A stretch of 64,000 nt of DNA from Auanema rhodensis (taxonomy: Eukaryota; Animalia; Nematoda). The stretch spans positions 3,100,001-3,164,000 of the forward strand of contig OZ059899.1 of NCBI GenBank assembly GCA_964057225.1. Direction: 5' to 3'. The position numbers and the translations under genes are program-made. Shown here piece by piece: positions 54,701-64,000 of this stretch (position 1 is the first letter of the stretch; the number at the start of each line of letters is the position of its first letter). The notes under the pieces were generated by a model. The model did not search any database. It was not told the DNA's origin and saw nothing but the letters and a program-made list of their open reading frames with translations.

Positions 54701-57700
54701 TAATGCATCATTTTTCAAACGATCATAACTAATTTTTGTATCAAGCGTTTTTCAATGTAGTATAGTGCATTCGATGCGGATTTTTAAGCTGCGTCGATCT
54801 GTGTTATCAGATTTGCGCTAGCTTAGAAATGCACCGAGATATCAACTGATATAAGTTCACACTTATATCCTCGATTTTCACCCTGAAGAAATAATTTTTT
54901 CGTTGAATAACATTGTCCATCGTCTTTGCCTTGAAAAAAGGAATCTAAAAACATCTACTTTTTGCTAAATTATTTTGAAATTTTTCGAAAAAATTTTTGT
55001 CAAAATGTTTTTGGAAGCAATGTTGAGTGTACATGGAAACTCAACATACACTAATGCATCATTTTTCAAACGATCATAACTAATTTTTGTATCAAGCGTT
55101 TTTCAATGTAGTATAGTGCATTCGATGCGGATTTTTAAGCTGCGTCGATCTGTGTTATCAGATTTGCGCTAGCTTAAAAATGCACCGAGATATCAACTGA
55201 TATAAGTTCACACTTATATCCTCGATTTTCACCCTGAAGAATTAATTTTTTCGTTGAATAACATTGTCTATCGTCTTTGCTTTGAGAAATGGAATCTAAA
55301 AACATCTACTTTTTGCTAAATTATTTTGAAATTTTTTGAAAAAATTTTTGTCAAAATGTTTTTGGAAGCAATGTTGAGTGTACATGGAAACTCAACATAC
55401 ACTAATGCATCATTTTTCAAAAGATCATAACTAATTTTTGTATCAAGCGTTTTTCAATGTAGTATAGTGCATTCGATGCGGATTTTTAAGCTGCGTCGAT
55501 CTGTGTTATCAGATTTGCGCTAGCTTAAAAATGCACCGAGATATCAACTGATATAAGTTCACACTTATATCCTCGATTTTCACCCTGAAGAATTAATTTT
55601 TTCGTTGAATAACATTGTCTATCGTCTTTGCCTTGAGAAATGGAATCTAAAAACATCTACTTTTTGCTAAATTATTTTGAAATTTTTCGAAAAAATTTTT
55701 GTCAAAATGTTTTTGGAAGCAATGTTGAGTGTACATGGAAACTCAACATACACTAATGCATCATTTTTCAAAAGATCATAACTAATTTTTGTATCAAGCG
55801 TTTTTCAATGTAGTATAGTGCATTCGATGCGGATTTTTACGCTGCGTCGATCTGTGTTATCAGATTTGCGCTAGCTTAAAAATGCACCGAGATATCAACT
55901 GATATAAGTTCACACTTATATCCTCGATTTTCACCCTGAAGAAATAATTTTTTCGTTGAATAACATTGTCCATCGTCTTTGCCTTGAAAAAGGGAATCTA
56001 AAAACATCTACTTTTTGCTAAATTATTTTGAAATTTTTCGAAAAAATTTTTGTCAAAATGTTTTTGGAAGCAATGTTGAGTGTACATGGAAACTCAACAT
56101 ACACTAATGCATCATTTTTCAAACGATCATAACTAATTTTTGTATCAAGCGTTTTTCAATGTAGTATAGTGCATGCGATGCGGATTTTTAAGCTGCGTCG
56201 ATCTGTGTTATCAGATTTGCGCTAGCTTAAAAATGCACCGAGATATCAACTGATATAAGTTCACACTTATATCCTCGATTTTCACCCTGAAGAAATAATT
56301 TTTTCGTTGAATAACATTGTCCATCGTCTTTGCCTTGAAAAAAGGAATCTAAAAACATCTACTTTTTGCTAAATTATTTTGAAATTTTTCGAAAAAATTT
56401 TTGTCAAAATGTTTTTGGAAGCAATGTTGAGTGTACATGGAAACTCAACATACACTAATGCATCATTTTTCAAAAGATCATAACTAATTTTTGTATCAAG
56501 CGTTTTTCAATGTAGTATGGTGCATTCGATCCGGATTTTTAAGCTGCGTCGATCTGTGTTATCAGATTTGCGCTAGCTTAAAAATGCACCGAGATATCAA
56601 CTGATATAAGTTCACACTTATATCCTCGATTTTCACCCTGAAGAAATAATTTTTTCGTTGAATAACATTGTCCATCGTCTTTGCCTTGAAAAAAGGAATC
56701 TAAAAACATCTACTTTTTGCTAAATTATTTTGAAATTTTTCGAAAAAATTTTTGTCAAAATGTTTTTGGAAGCAATGTTGAGTGTACATGGAAACTCAAC
56801 ATACACTAATGCATCATTTTTCAAAAGATCATAACTAATTTTTGACTCAAGCGTTTTTCAATGTAGTATAGTGCATTCGATGCGGATTTTTACGCTGCGT
56901 CGATCTGTGTTATCAGATTTGCGCTAGCTTAAAAATGCACCGAGATATCAACTGATATAAGTTCACACTTATATCCTCGATTTTCACCCTGAAGAAATAA
57001 TTTTTTCGTTGAATAACATTGTCCATCGTCTTTGCCTTGAAAAAAGGAATCTAAAAACATCTACTTTTTGCTAAATTATTTTGAAATTTTTCGAAAAAAT
57101 TTTTGTCAAAATGTTTTTGGAAGCAATGTTGAGTGTACATGGAAACTCAACATACACTAATGCATCATTTTTCAAACGATCATAACTAATTTTTGTATTA
57201 AGCGTTTCTCAATGTAGTATAGTGCATTCGATGCGGATTTTTAAGCTGCGTCGATCTGTGTTATCAGATTTGCGCTAGCTTAAAAATGCACCGAGATATC
57301 AACTGATATAAGTTCACACTTATATCCTCGATTTTCACCCTGAAGAAATAATTTTTTCGTTGAATAACATTGTCCATCGTCTTTGCCTTGAAAAAAGGAA
57401 TCTAAAAACATCTACTTTTTGCTAAATTATTTTGAAATTTTTCGAAAAAATTTTTGTCAAAATGTTTTTGGAAGCAATGTTGAGTGTACATGGAAACTCA
57501 ACATACACTAATGCATCATTTTTCAAAAGATCATAACTAATTTTTGTATCAAGCGTTTTTCAATGTAGTATAGTGCATTCGATGCGGATTTTTACGCTGC
57601 GTCGATCTGTGTTATCAGATTTGCGCTAGCTTAAAAATGCACCGATATATCAACTGATATAAGTTCACACTTATATCCTCGATTTTCACCCTGAAGAAAT

Positions 57701-60700
57701 AATTTTTTCGTTGAATAACATTGTCCATCGTCTTTGCCTTGAAAAAAGGAATCTAAAAACATCTACTTTTTGCTAAATTATTTTGAAATTTTTCGAAAAA
57801 ATTTTTGTCAAAATGTTTTTGGAAGCAATGTTGAGTGTACATGGAAACTCAACATACACTAATGCATCATTTTTCAAAAGATCATAACTAATTTTTGTAT
57901 CAAGCGTTTTTCAATGTAGTATAGTGCATTCGATCCGGATTTTTAAGCTGCGTCGATCTGTGTTATCAGATTTGCGCTAGCTTAAAAATGCACCGAGATA
58001 TCAACTGATATAAGTTCACACTTATATCCTCGATTTTCACCCTGAAGAAATAATTTTTTCGTTGAATAACATTGTCCATCGTCTTTGCCTTGAAAAAAGG
58101 AATCTAAAAACATCTACTTTTTGCTAAATTATTTTGAAATTTTTCGAAAAAATTTTTGTCAAAATGTTTTTGGAAGCAATGTTGAGTGTACATGGAAACT
58201 CAACATACACTAATGCATCATTTTTCAAAAGATCATAACTAATTTTTGACTCAAGCGTTTTTCAATGTAGTATAGTGCATTCGATGCGGATTTTTACGCT
58301 GCGTCGATCTGTGTTATCAGATTTGCGCTAGCTTAAAAATGCACCGAGATATCAACTGATATAAGTTCACACTTATATCCTCGATTTTCACCCTGAAGAA
58401 ATAATTTTTTCGTTGAATAACATTGTCCATCGTCTTTGCCTTGAAAAAAGGAATCTAAAAACATCTACTTTTTGCTAAATTATTTTGAAATTTTTCGAAA
58501 AAATTTTTGTCAAAATGTTTTTGGAAGCAATGTTGAGTGTACATGGAAACTCAACATACACTAATGCATCATTTTTCAAAAGATTATAACTAATTTTTGT
58601 ATCAAGCGTTTTTCAATGTAGTATAGTGCATTCGATGCGGATTTTTACGCTGCGTCGATCTGTGTTATCAGATTTGCGCTAGCTTAAAAATGCACCGAGA
58701 TATCAACTGATATAAGTTCACACTTATATCCTCGATTTTCACCCTGAAGAATTAATTTTTTCGTTGAATAACATTGTCCATCGTCTTTGCCTTGAAAAAT
58801 GGAATCTTAAAACATCTACTTTTTGCTAAATTATTTTGAAATTTTTCGAAAAAATTTTTGTCAAAATGTTTTTGGAAGCAATGTTGAGTGTACATGGAAA
58901 CTCAACATACACTAATGCATCATTTTTCAAACGATCATAACTAATTTTTGTATTAAGCGTTTCTCAATGTAGTATAGTGCATTCGATGCGGATTTTTAAG
59001 CTGCGTCGATCTGTGTTATCAAATTTGCGCTAGCTTAAAAATGCACCGAGATATCAACTGATATAAGTTCACACTTATATCCTCGATTTTCACCCTGAAG
59101 AAATAATTTTTTCGTTGAATAACATTGTCCATCGTCTTTGCCTTGAAAAAAGGAATCTAAAAACATCTACTTTTTGCTAAATTATTTTGAAATTTTTCGA
59201 AAAAATTTTTGTCAAAATGTTTTTGGAAGCAATGTTGAGTGTACATGGAAACTCAACATACACTAATGCATCATTTTTCAAACGATCATAACTAATTTTT
59301 GTATCAAGCGTTTTTCAATGTAGTATAGTGCATTCGATGCGAATTTTTAAGCTGCGTCGATCTGTGTTATCAGATTTGCGCTAGCTTAAAAATGCACCGA
59401 GATATCAACTGATATAAGTTCACACTTATATCCTCGATTTTCACCCTGAAGAATTAATTTTTTCGTTGAATAACATTGTCTATCGTCTTTGCTTTGAGAA
59501 ATGGAATCTAAAAACATCTACTTTTTGCTAAATTATTTTGAAATTTTTTGAAAAAATTTTTGTCAAAATGTTTTTGGAAGCAATGTTGAGTGTACATGGA
59601 AACTCAACATACACTAATGCATCATTTTTCAAAAGATCATAACTAATTTTTGTATCAAGCGTTTTTCAATGTAGTATAGTGCATTCGATGCGGATTTTTA
59701 AGCTGCGTCGATCTGTGTTATCAGATTTGCGCTAGCTTAAAAATGCACCGAGATATCAACTGATATAAGTTCACACTTATATCCTCGATTTTCACCCTGA
59801 AGAATTAATTTTTTCGTTGAATAACATTGTCTATCGTCTTTGCCTTGAGAAATGGAATCTAAAAACATCTACTTTTTGCTAAATTATTTTGAAATTTTTC
59901 GAAAAAATTTTTGTCAAAATGTTTTTGGAAGCAATGTTGAGTGTACATGGAAACTCAACATACACTAATGCATCATTTTTCAAAAGATCATAACTAATTT
60001 TTGTATCAAGCGTTTTTCAATGTAGTATAGTGCATTCGATGCGGATTTTTACGCTGCGTCGATCTGTGTTATCAGATTTGCGCTAGCTTAAAAATGCACC
60101 GATATATCAACTGATATAAGTTCACACTTATATCCTCGATTTTCACCCTGAAGAAATAATTTTTTCGTTGAATAACATTGTCCATCGTCTTTGCCTTGAA
60201 AAAAGGAATCTAAAAACATCTACTTTTTGCTAAATTATTTTGAAATTTTTCGAAAAAATTTTTGTCAAAATGTTTTTGGAAGCAATGTTGAGTGTACATG
60301 GAAACTCAACATACACTAATGCATCATTTTTCAAACGATCATAACTAATTTTTGTATCAAGCGTTTTTCAATGTAGTATAGTGCATTCGATGCGGATTTT
60401 TAAGCTGCGTCGATCTGTGTTATCAGATTTGCGCTAGCTTAAAAATGCACCGAGATATCAACTGATATAAGTTCACACTTATATCCTCGATTTTCACCCT
60501 GAAGAAATAATTTTTTCGTTGAATAACATTGTCCATCGTCTTTGCCTTGAAAAAAGGAATCTAAAAACATCTACTTTTTGCTAAATTATTTTGAAATTTT
60601 TCGAAAAAATTTTTGTCAAAATGTTTTTGGAAGCAATGTTGAGTGTACATGGAAACTCAACATACACTAATGCATCATTTTTCAAAAGATCATAACTAAT

Positions 60701-63700
60701 TTTTGACTCAAGCGTTTTTCAATGTAGTATAGTGCATTCGATGCGGATTTTTACGCTGCGTCGATCTGTGTTATCAGATTTGCGCTAGCTTAAAAATGCA
60801 CCGAGATATCAACTGATATAAGTTCACACTTATATCCTCGATTTTCACCCTGAAGAATTAATTTTTTCGTTGAATAACATTGTCTATCGTCTTTGCTTTG
60901 AGAAATGGAATCTAAAAACATCTACTTTTTGCTAAATTATTTTGAAATTTTTTGAAAAAATTTTTGTCAAAATGTTTTTGGAAGCAATGTTGAGTGTACA
61001 TGGAAACTCAACATACACTAATGCATCATTTTTCAAAAGATCATAACTAATTTTTGTATCAAGCGTTTTTCAATGTAGTATAGTGCATTCGATGCGGATT
61101 TTTAAGCTGCGTCGATCTGTGTTATCAGATTTGCGCTAGCTTAAAAATGCACCGATATATCAACTGATATAAGTTCACACTTATATCCTCGATTTTCACC
61201 CTGAAGAAATAATTTTTTCGTTGAATAACATTGTCCATCGTCTTTGCCTTGAAAAAAGGAATCTAAAAACATCTACTTTTTGCTAAATTATTTTGAAATT
61301 TTTCGAAAAAATTTTTGTCAAAATGTTTTTGGAAGCAATGTTGAGTGTACATGGAAACTCAACATACACTAATGCATCATTTTTCAAACGATCATAACTA
61401 ATTTTTGTATCAAGCGTTTTTCAATGTAGTATAGTGCATTCGATGCGGATTTTTAAGCTGCGTCGATCTGTGTTATCAGATTTGCGCTAGCTTAAAAATG
61501 CACCGAGATATCAACTGATATAAGTTCACACTTATATCCTCGATTTTCACCCTGAAGAAATAATTTTTTCGTTGAATAACATTGTCCATCGTCTTTGCCT
61601 TGAAAAAAGGAATCTAAAAACATCTACTTTTTGCTAAATTATTTTGAAATTTTTCGAAAAAATTTTTGTCAAAATGTTTTTGGAAGCAATGTTGAGTGTA
61701 CATGGAAACTCAACATACACTAATGCATCATTTTTCAAAAGATCATAACTAATTTTTGACTCAAGCGTTTTTCAATGTAGTATAGTGCATGCGATGCGGA
61801 TTTTTAAGCTGCGTCGATCTGTGTTATCAGATTTGCGCTAGCTTAAAAATGCACCGAGATATCAACTGATATAAGTTCACACTTATATCCTCGATTTTCA
61901 CCCTGAAGAAATAATTTTTTCGTTGAATAACATTGTCCATCGTCTTTGCCTTGAAAAAAGGAATCTAAAAACATCTACTTTTTGCTAAATTATTTTGAAA
62001 TTTTTCGAAAAAATTTTTGTCAAAATGTTTTTGGAAGCAATGTTGAGTGTACATGGAAACTCAACATACACTAATGCATCATTTTTCAAACGATCATAAC
62101 TAATTTTTGTATCAAGCGTTTTTCAATGTAGTATAGTGCATTCGATGCGGATTTTTAAGCTGCGTCGATCTGTGTTATCAGATTTGCGCTAGCTTAAAAA
62201 TGCACCGAGATATCAACTGATATAAGTTCACACTTATATCCTCGATTTTCACCCTGAAGAAATAATTTTTTCGTTGAATAACATTGTCCATCGTCTTTGC
62301 CTTGAAAAAAGGAATCTAAAAACATCTACTTTTTGCTAAATTATTTTGAAATTTTTCGAAAAAATTTTTGTCAAAATGTTTTTGGAAGCAATGTTGAGTG
62401 TACATGGAAACTCAACATACACTAATGCATCATTTTTCAAAAGATCATAACTAATTTTTGACTCAAGCGTTTTTCAATGTAGTATAGTGCATTCGATGCG
62501 GATTTTTACGCTGCGTCGATCTGTGTTATCAGATTTGCGCTAGCTTAAAAATGCACCGAGATATCAACTGATATAAGTTCACACTTATATCCTCGATTTT
62601 CACCCTGAAGAATTAATTTTTTCGTTGAATAACATTGTCTATCGTCTTTGCTTTGAGAAATGGAATCTAAAAACATCTACTTTTTGCTAAATTATTTTGA
62701 AATTTTTTGAAAAAATTTTTGTCAAAATGTTTTTGGAAGCAATGTTGAGTGTACATGGAAACTCAACATACACTAATGCATCATTTTTCAAAAGATCATA
62801 ACTAATTTTTGTATCAAGCGTTTTTCAATGTAGTATAGTGCATTCGATGCGGATTTTTAAGCTGCGTCGATCTGTGTTATCAGATTTGCGCTAGCTTAAA
62901 AATGCACCGATATATCAACTGATATAAGTTCACACTTATATCCTCGATTTTCACCCTGAAGAAATAATTTTTTCGTTGAATAACATTGTCCATCGTCTTT
63001 GCCTTGAAAAAAGGAATCTAAAAACATCTACTTTTTGCTAAATTATTTTGAAATTTTTTGAAAAAATTTTTGTCAAAATGTTTTTGGAAGCAATGTTGAG
63101 TGTACATGGAAACTCAACATACACTAATGCATCATTTTTCAAAAGATCATAACTAATTTTTGTATCAAGCGTTTTTCAATGTAGTATAGTGCATTCGATG
63201 CGGATTTTTAAGCTGCGTCGATCTGTGTTATCAGATTTGCGCTAGCTTAAAAATGCACCGAGATATCAACTGATATAAGTTCACACTTATATCCTCGATT
63301 TTCACCCTGAAGAAATAATTTTTTCGTTGAATAACATTGTCCATCGTCTTTGCCTTGAAAAAAGGAATCTAAAAACATCTACTTTTTGCTAAATTATTTT
63401 GAAATTTTTCGAAAAAATTTTTGTCAAAATGTTTTTGGAAGCAATGTTGAGTGTACATGGAAACTCAACATACACTAATGCATCATTTTTCAAACGATCA
63501 TAACTAATTTTTGTATCAAGCGTTTTTCAATGTAGTATAGTGCATTCGATGCGGATTTTTAAGCTGCGTCGATCTGTGTTATCAGATTTGCGCTAGCTTA
63601 AAAATGCACCGAGATATCAACTGATATAAGTTCACACTTATATCCTCGATTTTCACCCTGAAGAAATAATTTTTTCGTTGAATAACATTGTCCATCGTCT

Positions 63701-64000
63701 TTGCCTTGAAAAAAGGAATCTAAAAACATCTACTTTTTGCTAAATTATTTTGAAATTTTTCGAAAAAATTTTTGTCAAAATGTTTTTGGAAGCAATGTTG
63801 AGTGTACATGGAAACTCAACATACACTAATGCATCATTTTTCAAAAGATCATAACTAATTTTTGACTCAAGCGTTTTTCAATGTAGTATAGTGCATTCGA
63901 TGCGGATTTTTACGCTGCGTCGATCTGTGTTATCAGATTTGCGCTAGCTTAAAAATGCACCGAGATATCAACTGATATAAGTTCACACTTATATCCTCGA

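Larger units (their letters stand above)
1..64000. repeat. 351-bp tandem satellite DNA array, 182 full monomers plus a partial; extends beyond both window edges
   Basis: ATTCGATGCGGATTTTTAAG (or a 1-nt variant) recurs at 1, 352, 703, 1054 ... 7021, 14041, 21061, i.e. exactly every 351 bp up to M75 (25975). One 350-bp monomer (M75) and thirteen 352-bp monomers (between 40014 and 51960) account exactly for the later phase (M149 at 51961, M169 at 58981, M183 at 63895). No non-repeat sequence or inversion seen. Confidence 0.99.
29435..64000. repeat. Satellite subfamily/domain B (end of M84 to M183), with subtype B1 (C150T, A167G, A171T: GTCTATCG...GAGAAATGG) and subtype B2 (T123A: GAAGAAATAA)
   Basis: Most monomers end CAAAAGATC (or CAAACGATC)...GTATCAAGCGTTTTTCAA and are fixed for C90 and G137. 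C303A and the B1 alleles are not seen before 29.4 kb. Confidence 0.9.

Noticed and set aside
1-64000. CRISPR array or other repeat-spacer system suggested by regularly spaced palindromes
   Set aside because: The sequence between the palindromes is as conserved as the palindromes. There are no unique spacers, leader or associated genes.

Overview
The whole 64-kb window is one uninterrupted head-to-tail tandem array of a 351-bp AT-rich monomer (about 31% GC by my count of monomer 1). There are 182 complete copies plus a 106-bp partial copy, all in the same orientation and differing at only a handful of positions each. This is the architecture of a eukaryotic satellite DNA, possibly (peri)centromeric heterochromatin; I cannot assign it to a named family or species. 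I see no genes, RNA genes, transposon insertions or CRISPR spacers, and the single ORF in the track is a chance read-through in one monomer. The information lies in three places. (1) The monomer is built largely from inverted repeats and A/T tracts. (2) Two sequence subfamilies meet at a sharp junction inside a chimeric monomer at about 29.27-29.44 kb. (3) Diagnostic SNPs reveal nested higher-order repeats: an 11-mer x2, a 7-mer x3, and a 10-mer x2 containing a second 7-mer that occurs three times. Monomers are numbered M1..M183 from the arbitrary phase ATTCGATGCG at position 1, and 'pos' means position within the monomer. All variant calls were read by eye and need confirming by alignment. 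I found no convincing new protein- or RNA-coding system.
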